From an uncultured delta proteobacterium (GTDB taxonomy: Bacteria; Desulfobacterota; Desulfuromonadia; Desulfuromonadales; JACZKF01), in contig CAWFKQ010000014.1 of assembly GCA_963816395.1 (NCBI GenBank), positions 1 through 64,000 on the forward strand: a stretch of 64,000 bases of DNA, written 5' to 3'. The notes below the pieces were generated by a model, which did no database searches, was not told the origin of the DNA, and worked only from the letters and a program-made list of their open reading frames with translations. The position numbers were made by a program, and so were the translations under genes. This document shows, in pieces, positions 21,931 to 31,569 of this stretch (within the stretch, counting starts at the first letter, position 1; each line of letters begins with the position of its first letter).

Positions 21931-24900
21931 TCATGACGCTTTCTTACCGATCTTGCCAGGCCTTCTGGTCACCAGGACGTGAAACAGCACCGGCATGACC
22001 ACCAGCACCAGCGGCATCTGCACGGCTAGGCCGGAGATGATGGCTACCGCCAGGGGCTGCTGCATGGCCGAGCCCTGGCCGAGGGAAAGGGCGAGGGGCA
22101 GCAAGGTCAGGATAGCGGCAATGGTGGTCATGGCGATGGGGCGCATGCGGTTCTTGCCGGCGGCCACCAGGGCCTGTGCATGGTCCATTTTTCCGCTGAT
22201 TTCCTGATATTCGGAAAAATAGAAAATCGCCACCTCGGTCACGATGCCGATGATCATGGTCATCCCCATTATGGCGGAGATATTCAGCTCGATACCGGCG
22301 ATCCAGAGTCCCACGAAAACCGCCATCGCCGCCAGCAGCGGCATGGCCAGGATGGCCATGGCCACCCGGAAGCGTTCGTAGAGAAACAGCAGCAGGGCGA
22401 AGACGAGGACCACGGCGGCGGCGAAGACCGTGAACAGACTCTTGAAGGCGATCTGTTGCTGCCGGTACAGCCCGCCAAGCACGTAGTACATCCCTTTCGG
22501 GAGGAGCTGCGGCCGGACCAGGACCTTCTTCACATCGCGGATGACCGAACCCATGTCCCGGCCGCTGATGCGGGCGGTCACCGCCACCATCCGCTGCTGG
22601 TTCTCGCGGGTGATCTGCGGCTGCCCGGTCACCGGCACGACCGCGGCCACCCGCCGCAGGGGGAACCAGTGGCCGTCGGAGGCACGCAGTTGCAGGTTCC
22701 CCACGTCCTGCTCGCTGCGGCGCAGGCGGTGGGGCACCCAGACGCGCACCCCCACCATTTTGACGCTGCGTTGTACCTCGGTGGTGACCCGGCCGCTGAG
22801 GTAGTCCTGCAGCAGGGAGGTGATCTCCTCGGGGTCCACCCCCTCCAGCGCCGCCTTGGTCCGGTCGACATGGATCTGCAGGGCGTCGCCGGCGGGATTG
22901 ATGCCGTTGCGCACCTCGACGACGCCCGGGATACCGGCGATCCTGCCGGCGATCTGCCGCGCCGTCTGTTGCAACTGCCTGGCGTTGTCGGAAAAGAGTT
23001 TGATCTCCACCGGCTGGGGGACGGCGGTGAGATCGCCGATGAGATCCTCCATCAACTGGGCCATTTCGATCTCCAGGCCGGGAACCTGCTGCTCGACGCG
23101 AGTTCGCACCTCGTCCATGACCTCCTCGATGGGGCGGCGCTGCCCCATCGGTTTCAGACGGATGAAGAAATCCCCCTCGTTCGCCTCGGTGATCCCGCCC
23201 CCCAATTGCACGCCGGTGCGCCGCGAGTACGTTTCCACATCGGGGGTGCTGGCGACGATCTTTTCCACCTGCCGCAGCAGGCGGTCCGTTTCCGTCAGGG
23301 CGGTCCCCGGGGGGCTGCGGTAGTCGAGGATGAAGCCCCCTTCGTCCATGGCCGGAAGGAAGCCGGTGCCCACATTCCGATAGGCCAGCCAGCCGAGAGC
23401 CAGCAGGGGGAGGACGATGAGCAGAACCAGCAGAGGCTTCTGCAGCAGGTGCTCCAGCAGGCTGGCGTAGCGGCCGTGCACCCAGGCGGTCAGCCGCCCC
23501 CCTTCCTTCTGCTCGGCGTCCCTGCGTTTCAGGAACTTGTCCGCCAGCAGCGGCACCGCCAGCCAGGTGATGAGGTAGGAGATGAGCAGCGCCGCGGCCA
23601 TGGTGAGGGACAACGCCTTGAAGAAGGCCCCGGTGACGCCGCTCAGGAAGGCCAGGGGAATAAAGATGATGATGGTGGCGCTACTGGAGCCGGAAAGGGG
23701 CGGGGAAAACTCGGCGGCCGCTTTCATGACCCGCCCGTGGTGCGCCTCCGGGGCGCCCCGCAGCCGCCGGATGATATGCTCGACCATGACGATGGCGTCG
23801 TCGATGATCAACCCGACCGCCGCCGCCATCCCCCCCAGGGTCATGATGTTGAAGCTCATCTTGAAGATGTGCAGCAGGACGACCGTCGACGCCAGCACCG
23901 CCGGCACCACGAGGATGGCGATCACGGTGACCTTCAGGTTGCGTAGGAAGAGCAGCAGCACCAGGGCGGCCAGACCGATACCGATGAGGATGGCGTCGCG
24001 GACGCTGGCCTCCGAATCGAGCACCAGCCGGCTCTGATCGTACCAGTTGGCGAGGCTCACCCCCCGGGGCATCTGCGGGCGGAAGGCGGCGAGCTTGCCC
24101 TTGATCCCGGCCGCGATTTGGACGCTGTTGGCGCCGGGCTGCTGGTAGATGTTCAGCAGCACCGCCTGCTGGCCGTCGGCCGTGACCCGGGTCCACTGCG
24201 GCACCGTCGCGATCTCGACGGTCGCCACGTCCCCCAGCCGCACCAGGCCGTTGGCGCCGCTTTTCAGCACCGTGCGGCGGATCATGTCCAGGTCTTTGAA
24301 GCGGGTGTCGGCAACGACCAGGTAGAGCTTGTAGTGATCCTCCAGCCGCCCCACGGCCTGCACCACGTTGGCGGCGCCCAGGGCGCGGGAGATGTCGCCG
24401 AGCCCCAGGCCGAAGGCCCGCAGGCGCGCCGGATCGACGCTCACCCGGAACTCCTCCCGGCTGCCGCCGACCACCTGCACCCGCGCCACCCCGTTGACCG
24501 CCGAGAGCAGCGGCAGAAGCTGATAGCGGGCCAGATCGTGCAGGGCGGTCTGGGAGAGGCGGTTGGAGGTGAGGCTGTAGGCGATGATCGGGAAAACCGT
24601 CGGGTCCATGCGCCGGGTGAGCAGGGAAGTGCCAGCCGGCAGGGAGGGGAGGATCTGGGTGATGGCGGCGTTGACCTGCAGGGTCGCCGTCGCCATGTCG
24701 GTGCCCCAGGCCATGAAGATGGAGATCTCGGCGCTGCCGCGGCTGGTGGTGGAGCGCACCCGCCGCAGCCCGGGAACCCGGCGGATCGCCTCCTCTACCG
24801 GCTGCGTCACCTGCAGGAGCATCTGCTCGGCGGGGCGGTCGCCGGCATCGAGGGTGACGTCAATGCGCGGGAAATTGACGTGCGGAAAGAGGGTGACCGG

Positions 24901-24996
24901 CATCCGGAAGGCGGCCAGCAGGCCGGCCGCCGCCAGGATCACCAGGAGAAAAAGAAGGGAGCGGCGGTGGCGCTGGCTCCAGCCGGTGAACTTCAT
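21931..24996 (-). CDS. RND efflux permease (CusA/CzcA-like)
   Basis: 1021 aa; GLIIDDAIVMVEHI, FLPAMDEGGF, RMRPIAMTT. Confidence 0.95.
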   Translation of the reverse strand: MKFTGWSQRHRRSLLFLLVILAAAGLLAAFRMPVTLFPHVNFPRIDVTLDAGDRPAEQMLLQVTQPVEEAIRRVPGLRRVRSTTSRGSAEISIFMAWGTDMATATLQVNAAITQILPSLPAGTSLLTRRMDPTVFPIIAYSLTSNRLSQTALHDLARYQLLPLLSAVNGVARVQVVGGSREEFRVSVDPARLRAFGLGLGDISRALGAANVVQAVGRLEDHYKLYLVVADTRFKDLDMIRRTVLKSGANGLVRLGDVATVEIATVPQWTRVTADGQQAVLLNIYQQPGANSVQIAAGIKGKLAAFRPQMPRGVSLANWYDQSRLVLDSEASVRDAILIGIGLAALVLLLFLRNLKVTVIAILVVPAVLASTVVLLHIFKMSFNIMTLGGMAAAVGLIIDDAIVMVEHIIRRLRGAPEAHHGRVMKAAAEFSPPLSGSSSATIIIFIPLAFLSGVTGAFFKALSLTMAAALLISYLITWLAVPLLADKFLKRRDAEQKEGGRLTAWVHGRYASLLEHLLQKPLLVLLIVLPLLALGWLAYRNVGTGFLPAMDEGGFILDYRSPPGTALTETDRLLRQVEKIVASTPDVETYSRRTGVQLGGGITEANEGDFFIRLKPMGQRRPIEEVMDEVRTRVEQQVPGLEIEMAQLMEDLIGDLTAVPQPVEIKLFSDNARQLQQTARQIAGRIAGIPGVVEVRNGINPAGDALQIHVDRTKAALEGVDPEEITSLLQDYLSGRVTTEVQRSVKMVGVRVWVPHRLRRSEQDVGNLQLRASDGHWFPLRRVAAVVPVTGQPQITRENQQRMVAVTARISGRDMGSVIRDVKKVLVRPQLLPKGMYYVLGGLYRQQQIAFKSLFTVFAAAVVLVFALLLFLYERFRVAMAILAMPLLAAMAVFVGLWIAGIELNISAIMGMTMIIGIVTEVAIFYFSEYQEISGKMDHAQALVAAGKNRMRPIAMTTIAAILTLLPLALSLGQGSAMQQPLAVAIISGLAVQMPLVLVVMPVLFHVLVTRRPGKIGKKAS

Positions 24997-26033
24997 CGGG
25001 TGGATTCCCGCACGGCCATGCCGTCCTGCAGCTCATAGTTGCCCGTGGTGACCACCTTGCGGGCAGGGTCGAAGTCGCCGCGGATCGCTATCTGCGTATC
25101 GCTCTGCTGCTCGACCTGGACATTGACCCGCTGCGCCTTCCCCTGATCGACCTGATAGATGTACGCCCCCTGGTCATCGCGCAGCACAGCCGAGCGCGGC
25201 ACGACCCAGGCGGTGCGGGTGCCGAGGGTAATCCGGCCGCGCACCTGCATCCCCGGCAGAAAACGGGGTGAATCCCCGTTGATCTCGGCCAGGACATCGA
25301 CCAGCCGGGTCTGCGGATTGATGAGCCCGTGCACGGCGGTTACCTTTCCCTCTGCCGCCTGGTCGGCATTGAACACGGAAACGATGCGCACCGGCATGCC
25401 GGTCTGGACTTGCTGAACGTCCTCCGGCTCCACCCCCAGGTCTGCCCGCAGGGCTCCCTGCCGCGCCAGTTGCAGGACCGTGGTCCCGGCCGGGACGCGA
25501 TCCCCTTCTTTGACGCTCAGGGTGGTCACAATGCCGGCGAAGGGAGCGGTGACCTGCTCAGTGGCTCGCGATTTGCCGAGCTGGCGCTCGGTCTGCAGCA
25601 GGGCGCGGGCATCGGCCAGCTCCTTGCGGGAGGCGGCCAGTTCGGCGTTGGTGGCCAGGTGCTTCTGCACCAGTTTTTCCGTGCGCTGCACCTGGGTGCG
25701 GGCGAAGTCGAGGGCCGCCACCGCCTTCTGATAATCCATGGCATCGGCCGGGGCGGTGCGAAACGCCAGGAGGGGCGCGCCTTTTTTCACCACCTCGCCG
25801 GCGCTGACCAGCAGCCGGGAAATCTCCCCGGCCCGCGGGAAGCTGATGTTGACCGTCCGCCGGCTATCGGCATTGACCACCCCGTAGCTGGTCAGGGTGG
25901 TGGCTACCGGGGTCTGCTGCAGTGAGACGGTGCGGACCAGGACGCTCGTTTGCTCCGCCGCCCCGGCAGCAGCGGCCGCAAGGAGAAAGGCGAATCCGAC
26001 GGCCAGGGCGGTCGCCTTGGGTATCTTGGTCAT
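24993..26033 (-). CDS. RND periplasmic adaptor (MFP)
   Basis: Signal peptide, lipoyl-like motifs, APFAGIV, INPQTRLV; ATGA overlap with neighbours. Confidence 0.92.
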   Translation of the reverse strand: MTKIPKATALAVGFAFLLAAAAAGAAEQTSVLVRTVSLQQTPVATTLTSYGVVNADSRRTVNISFPRAGEISRLLVSAGEVVKKGAPLLAFRTAPADAMDYQKAVAALDFARTQVQRTEKLVQKHLATNAELAASRKELADARALLQTERQLGKSRATEQVTAPFAGIVTTLSVKEGDRVPAGTTVLQLARQGALRADLGVEPEDVQQVQTGMPVRIVSVFNADQAAEGKVTAVHGLINPQTRLVDVLAEINGDSPRFLPGMQVRGRITLGTRTAWVVPRSAVLRDDQGAYIYQVDQGKAQRVNVQVEQQSDTQIAIRGDFDPARKVVTTGNYELQDGMAVRESTR

Positions 26034-27394
26034 GGGGTCTTCTCCCGGTGCACGGGCAGTTCGCTGCCCAACAGGGTCTGCAGGCCGACGCGCTGTTCCA
26101 GGGCGGACTGTTCCAGCTTGATCAGTTCGATGCGCCTGTTAACCAAGCTGCCGCGCAGGGTGACGTAAGTCAGCTCGTTGATGTCGACAGCGGCGAAGGC
26201 GGTTTCGGCCTCCTCGGCCGCCTTCTGCAGCCCCGGCAGGGATGTTCTGACCTGATCCACCTGCGCTTCCAGCAGGCGCTGATCCGCCAGGATCTGCTCG
26301 ATGGTGGCGCGCGCCTTGACCAGGCGGGTCTCGAACTCGTCGTAGAGATGCCGGCGGGTGGCCTTCTCGATGGCGATATTGCCCCGGTTGCGGTTGAACA
26401 GGGGCAGGCTCAGGGTGATCCCCACCCCGAGGGTGTGCACGTTGCTGGTGTCGCTGGCCCGCGTCAGCCCGACGTTCAGGGCGGGGAACTGCTCGATGAT
26501 CGCCTGCCGGTAACGCAGGTCCTGGCTCCGGTAGCCGGCCTGCAGAGCCAGCAGGTCCGGTCGGCGCCGGGCGATTTCGGGGAGCAGATCCTGCACCCGC
26601 GCTGTATCGAGGGGCGGCAACTCCACTCCGCCGACCAGCCGCAGGTGGACTTCCGGGGAGAGTCCCAGCAGTTGGTTGAGTTCATGCCGGTTTTTGCTGA
26701 TCTCCCGCTGCAAGTCGTTGATCTTCCGCTCCACGTCTTGCAGGGCGGCCAGATCGGCATCGGCCTGGCCGAGGGTCACGTTGCCTTCCTGCAGCGCCTC
26801 CTGCACATGGGCATAGCGGGCGGCCAGAAGATGGCGGTAAGGCTCCAGGACTTGCAGCAGCCGGTCCTGCTCCAGATTTCGCACGAAGAGCAGGCGGGCC
26901 TGGCTGGCGGTCTGCCATTCCTGCCAGAGCAGGTTGAGGTCGGCCTTGCGCACCTGTGCCTGGGCGGCGCTTTGGGCGACCGGCCGGGTGAGCAGGGCTT
27001 CGAGATCATAGTTGAGGCCGAAGCTGGTGCCGGTCGCCGTCGAGCCGGGGACCGAATTGGTAGGGAAATCGAGATTGGCGCCGAGTTGCGGATCGGGGAG
27101 AAGGCCGGCGGTAAAGGCCTGAGCGCGGGCGATCCCCGCTTCGTCCCGGCTCAGCTTCAGCTCGGGATTGTTCACCACCGCCAGAATGGCCACCTCCGTG
27201 CTGTCGAGCCCGTCTTCCGGATTGAACCGGTGCGGCGCCAGATGGGTCATGGGCAAGGTGGCCGGGTCTACCGTCAGGTGGGGCACCTCGTTGGGCAGGG
27301 TCGCCTGCAGGTCGAGGGGCTTCGGCTGGTACGCGACACAACCGGCCAGACCTGCGATAAAAAAAGTAAAAATTACTTTCCAGGGGATACTCAA
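26030..27394 (-). CDS. TolC family outer membrane factor lipoprotein (start probably TTG 27394, not ATG 27433)
   Basis: Lipobox LAGC; NNPEL, RRPDL, LPLFNRNRGNI; ATG 27433 lies inside a TATAAT -10 box. Confidence 0.88.
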   Translation of the reverse strand: MSIPWKVIFTFFIAGLAGCVAYQPKPLDLQATLPNEVPHLTVDPATLPMTHLAPHRFNPEDGLDSTEVAILAVVNNPELKLSRDEAGIARAQAFTAGLLPDPQLGANLDFPTNSVPGSTATGTSFGLNYDLEALLTRPVAQSAAQAQVRKADLNLLWQEWQTASQARLLFVRNLEQDRLLQVLEPYRHLLAARYAHVQEALQEGNVTLGQADADLAALQDVERKINDLQREISKNRHELNQLLGLSPEVHLRLVGGVELPPLDTARVQDLLPEIARRRPDLLALQAGYRSQDLRYRQAIIEQFPALNVGLTRASDTSNVHTLGVGITLSLPLFNRNRGNIAIEKATRRHLYDEFETRLVKARATIEQILADQRLLEAQVDQVRTSLPGLQKAAEEAETAFAAVDINELTYVTLRGSLVNRRIELIKLEQSALEQRVGLQTLLGSELPVHREKTP

Positions 27395-27431
27395 CGCGCT
27401 TTCCGTCCCGGGTTGAAATGTCCTAATCTCC

Positions 27432-27465
27432 ATTATACGCAGGGAAAACTTACCTCAGCCTTAAG
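27432..27465 (-). promoter_or_regulatory. PmrA/QseB-type box plus TATAAT -10 for the TolC-RND-TCS operon
   Basis: CTTACC-TCAGC-CTTAAG at 27449-27465; perfect TATAAT at 27437-27432. Confidence 0.75.
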
Positions 27466-27469
27466 CCTG

Positions 27470-27731
27470 CAGCTCTCGGCGCTCATCGAGGGACTGGGGG
27501 ACCTGGAAGCGCCCCTCCGGCTGCGAGAAGCTGTAGACCCGCCAGCGGGGTTCAGGCTCACATCGCCATGCACCAACTCCGCCCGGCCGGCTTGGCGGCG
27601 CAGGACGGCGCGGATTCTGCCTCCAGCTCTTCGAGGTCGCAGGAGTCGTCGGCCCCGGTTTTTTCCATCTGGATCTTTACCCCCGATCTTGCCTGCCTTC
27701 CTGGTCACCAGCACATGAAAGAACACCGGCA
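27470..27731 (-). pseudogene. Collapsed mosaic remnant of the RND-permease end, response regulator and histidine kinase
   Basis: Segments align by eye with 21946-21995, 21480-21610 and 20822-20900 in the same order and orientation. Confidence 0.8.
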
Positions 27732-27880
27732 GGACCCGATTTATTCTAGGGCATCCAGATTGGCGGCAGTTGCAGGTCAGAAAGGAAGCCGGCGGCAGTC
27801 AGTTGGGGATCTGCGGTGGGCAGGAATGGCGCCGAGTCGGTCGAGTAAGATCCGAGCCTTAAGCCCGCAGGCCGATCAGG

Positions 27881-28804
27881 TCAGTAGCGCCACAGAAGAC
27901 TGACCCCGACCGCGTGATCCGCCGGGTCCACCGTGGTGTCCAGCGACACGGAGCTTTGCGGCCCGAGAAAGGCGTCGCTGAGGAACGCGCCGAAAAAATG
28001 CCCGATGGCCACGCCGGCAAGCACATCCGAAGGGTAATGTTTTTTCGCTTCCACCCGGGCCCAGGCGGTAGCCGCCGTGAGCGTTCCCAGCCCGGCCCGG
28101 CTGAGAGTGCGTTCCATCGGTGAAAGGGGTAGATAGTTCAGGTTCTTTGAGGCCAGGGTGGCGAAAACGGCGGCATTGGTGGCGTGGCCGGAGGGGAAAC
28201 TGTGGGTGCTCTCGCCGTTGGGGCGGACCCTGCCGGTGGTATCTTTCAGTAGATTGGTCAGACCGTTGGCGGCCAGGATCGCCGCCCCGTCGACCGCCGC
28301 CCCTGCCGCCTTGTTTCTGACCCACTCCCCCGGCTGCTTTCCGCTGGGAGTGGCGAGGGCCGTGAGGCTGAAGGCGGCAATCGTTGCCCCGCACAGATAG
28401 GTGCCGGCCTGGTCGGCACTGCTCTGTGAGCCGAACAGCGGGTGATGGGCGGAGGCCCAATCGGAAATAGTGTGATCCAGGCCGGTGGACCAGGAGACGG
28501 CCGCTCCCGCCAGGGGGGCCCAGGTTGCCGGAGACAGGGCGGCATGCACGGCGGCCGATTTGACCCGTGACCAGCCCGGCCGCAAGGTGGCATTCTGCCC
28601 CCAGCGGGCTGTCTGCGGCAGGGTGCTGCAGCCGGCGAGGAGAATGAAGAACAGGACGAGGAGAAGATAGGAGAATTTAGGGAGACAAGTGGCACGATCG
28701 CTGGAAGCCCGCAGACGATCGCTCAGGGTTATCTTTCGCGTCGGGCCCAAAGCAAAACTCCTTCCTCGGGCCTTCGAAAAGATCGATGCAAAGCCCTGAG
28801 TCAT
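27881..28804 (-). CDS. PAP2 family phosphatase, probable lipoprotein; true start uncertain, probably near 28700
   Basis: K...GRVRP, SFPSGH and RVEAKKHYPSDV PAP2 motifs; lipobox LAGC. Confidence 0.88.
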   Translation of the reverse strand: MTQGFASIFSKARGRSFALGPTRKITLSDRLRASSDRATCLPKFSYLLLVLFFILLAGCSTLPQTARWGQNATLRPGWSRVKSAAVHAALSPATWAPLAGAAVSWSTGLDHTISDWASAHHPLFGSQSSADQAGTYLCGATIAAFSLTALATPSGKQPGEWVRNKAAGAAVDGAAILAANGLTNLLKDTTGRVRPNGESTHSFPSGHATNAAVFATLASKNLNYLPLSPMERTLSRAGLGTLTAATAWARVEAKKHYPSDVLAGVAIGHFFGAFLSDAFLGPQSSVSLDTTVDPADHAVGVSLLWRY

Positions 28805-28836
28805 TGTGCTCAGGGAAAACTTAAGTCGGGCTTAAG
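28803..28836 (-). promoter_or_regulatory. PmrA/QseB-type box plus -10 upstream of PAP2
   Basis: CTTAAG-TCGGG-CTTAAG at 28820-28836; CACAAT at the same spacing as in the tolC promoter; shared CAGGGAAAA spacer. Confidence 0.75.
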
Positions 28837-29247
28837 GCCGCATATTTGTTTTCTTTAGGGGGATCGATGAAAATGGGGCAGAACCAACACTATTTACGAC
28901 ATGCTACGTACCCTGCTTGATATGTACGGACTGGCTCCGATGGGGAAAAGCGCAGATGCGAAGCCGATTACGGAAATATGGCAATAAACATGCTTTTCTC
29001 AAGTGGTTCTGAGCTGGCGGACAGCCGTTTGGGCGGTATCAAGGCGTGAGCCGCGACGATCGATCAAGTGTCAAGGGGTTCTTGGTCCCGTGGTTTAAGC
29101 GAGTGTTCAACGGGCGGAATGAGGAGCGAAGGGAGAGGAAGAGCAGTTAATTTATCCGGTGTCATTCCCGTCAGAGGACCGGGCCGCCTTGGCCGCTCCT
29201 TGCTGAGGTTGGCTGCGGCAGCCTCTGCCACGGAGATTTCATTACAT

Positions 29248-31371
29248 CTAAGCTACGGAAGACGGCAGATTCAGATAGAAGGTGCTGCCCTCCCCTGGGG
29301 TACTCTCCACCCAGACCCGGCCGCCGTGGACTTCGGCGATCTGCCGCACCAGGGCCAGGCCCAGGCCGGTGCCGGCCGGCCCCTTGCGTCCCTCCATCCG
29401 ATAGAAGCGCTCAAAGATCTTCTCCCGCTGATCCGCCGGGATTCCCGGCCCTTCATCCCGCACCCACAGCAGGGCTCTGCCCTTTTCCGCCCGTGCGCCG
29501 AGGAAGATTCCGCTTCCGGCCGGAGAATACTTGACCGCATTGGAAAGGAGATTCTTTACCGCCGTCTGGAGTTTGTCGGCATCACCCCAGACCGGAGGGA
29601 GATCGACTGCGCACTCGATCTGGATGCGATGGCGGCCCAGGGGGGAGCGGAAGGGTTTCGAAACCTCCTGCAGGAGCGCAGGAAGTTGGACGGGACCTGG
29701 GTCTTCCAGGCCAAAACCTGCCTGCAGGCGCTGCAGTCCGAGAAGGTTGTCGATCAGGTTATGCAGCCGCTCGCTCTCCTTGACGATAAGTTGGAGAAAT
29801 TCCCCCTGCTGCTCCGGAGTCCCTCCATTTTCCAGAAGGAACTCGGAAAAGCCGAGGATGGCGGTGAGGGGGGTGCGCATCTCGTGGCTGACCACCGAAA
29901 ATACCTCCTCCCGGGCATTCTCCAGGCGCCGGCGGTCGGTCATGTCCCGCACTGCCGCGACGATCGTTGTCTTGCCCTGCCAGACGAAAGCGCCGGCGGA
30001 AAACTCCACCGGGAACAGGGAGCCGTCTTCTTTACGGTGCAGTGCCGTGCGCAGGCGGCCCCGTATCTCCTCCTCGCTCTCCGCCATCAGATCGGACCAG
30101 CGACGGTCGATGAACTCCTCCCGGCTCAGGCCGTACAGGCGGCATGCCGTATCGTTAACCTCCTGGATTTCCCCTGTTTCCTCGTGATAGGTGATAATGG
30201 CATCGGATTCGGCGGAAAAGAGGAGCCGGTATTTTTCATTCGAGGCCAGCAGTTCCTCCTCCATCCTCGTCTGCTCGGTGATATCGCGCACCATTTCGAC
30301 GCAGGCCACCAGGTTACCGTCGGCATCGGGCAGAGGACAGGCGGTCACTTCCTGATGCCGGATTCCCTCGGCTGTGCGGACGGTGACCCGCCCCCGGTGG
30401 ATGCGGCCGTCGGCGAGACTCTCTGCCGCCTGGCAGCCTTCGCAGGGCTCATCCCTGCCGGCATAGACGCGGTAGCAGTTCTCCCCCAGGTGACTGCCCT
30501 GCCGGCGCACCTGTACCTCATTCTGGTAGAGGATGCGAAAATCGCGGTCATGGACGGTGACACCGTCGCCGATGGCGGCCATGATCGCCTCCATCTTGTT
30601 TTTCTCCTCGACCAGCCGGGCCTCCGCCTGCTTCCTCTCGCTGATGTCCCGCGCCACCGAGACGATGAATCGCTGCAGTCCGGCATCCACGACGGTGGCG
30701 CTGACTTCAACCGGGAGGAAGGTGCCGTCGCGGCATCGGTGCCGCGTCTCCAGAAAGCACGACCCCGCCTGCTCGATCTGCGCCACCATTTGCCGCCAGT
30801 CCCGAAGGGAAGCAACCGCTTCGCAGAAATCCCATACCCGCAGCTGCGGCAGGTCATCCGGCCCATAGCCGAGGTGGCGGCAGGCCATGTCGTTGGCGTA
30901 GAGAATCCGACCGTCTTTCGGATCGAAGAAGATAATCGGGTCCCGGAGGCGGTCAATGAGGTTCTGGAAGACCGGCAGTTCCCGGGGGGCCGGTGCCGCT
31001 TCGGGGATTTCGCGGATAAAGGCCACTTTGGCAAAGGAGCCGTCGGCCAGCGGGAGGGGATTATTGAGAACGTCGTACCAGCGACCATCGGCCGGTTTGC
31101 GGAAACGGCCGTGGACGCATTGTCCCTGGAAGACCTCCCGGGGACACCAGGGACAGGGTTCGTCGCGACCGTGCAGTGCCCGAAAGCAATTTTCGCCGGT
31201 CGCGTCGCGACCGAGCAGTTCAATAAACCTGTGGTTCAGGTAGCGGATGCGAAAATCGGCAGTGCCGACATAAATGAGGCCGTCCCAGGCTTCGGTGATG
31301 GCTTCGGGCAGACTCCCCTCCGGCCAAAAACCCTCCCCTCCTTCAGCTTCCGCAGAAAAAGACAATGGCAT
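29248..31371 (-). CDS. Cytoplasmic multi-PAS sensor histidine kinase
   Basis: Four PAS domains, two with C..C motifs; SHEMRTPL, NLLSNAVKY, GTGLGLAL. Confidence 0.92.
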   Translation of the reverse strand: MPLSFSAEAEGGEGFWPEGSLPEAITEAWDGLIYVGTADFRIRYLNHRFIELLGRDATGENCFRALHGRDEPCPWCPREVFQGQCVHGRFRKPADGRWYDVLNNPLPLADGSFAKVAFIREIPEAAPAPRELPVFQNLIDRLRDPIIFFDPKDGRILYANDMACRHLGYGPDDLPQLRVWDFCEAVASLRDWRQMVAQIEQAGSCFLETRHRCRDGTFLPVEVSATVVDAGLQRFIVSVARDISERKQAEARLVEEKNKMEAIMAAIGDGVTVHDRDFRILYQNEVQVRRQGSHLGENCYRVYAGRDEPCEGCQAAESLADGRIHRGRVTVRTAEGIRHQEVTACPLPDADGNLVACVEMVRDITEQTRMEEELLASNEKYRLLFSAESDAIITYHEETGEIQEVNDTACRLYGLSREEFIDRRWSDLMAESEEEIRGRLRTALHRKEDGSLFPVEFSAGAFVWQGKTTIVAAVRDMTDRRRLENAREEVFSVVSHEMRTPLTAILGFSEFLLENGGTPEQQGEFLQLIVKESERLHNLIDNLLGLQRLQAGFGLEDPGPVQLPALLQEVSKPFRSPLGRHRIQIECAVDLPPVWGDADKLQTAVKNLLSNAVKYSPAGSGIFLGARAEKGRALLWVRDEGPGIPADQREKIFERFYRMEGRKGPAGTGLGLALVRQIAEVHGGRVWVESTPGEGSTFYLNLPSSVA

Positions 31372-31569
31372 CAGCACCCCCTTCACATCGCAGCCGAGGA
31401 TAAGTGAGGACACGATAACATAGGTTCATTTTTCATGAAATATTTATTGTCCCTGATTCCGTCGTCGATAGTGGCCGAGATGGGCTTCGGGCCGCCGGAC
31501 CCGGCTTGTCCTGCAGTGTCAGAGAGGATAAACCTTACAGAAAGAGAAGTTCATGGAAGGGGAACCCGC

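Noticed and set aside
29068..31407. 779-aa plus-strand ORF
   Set aside because: Antisense shadow of the PAS histidine kinase; no motifs; common in high-GC DNA
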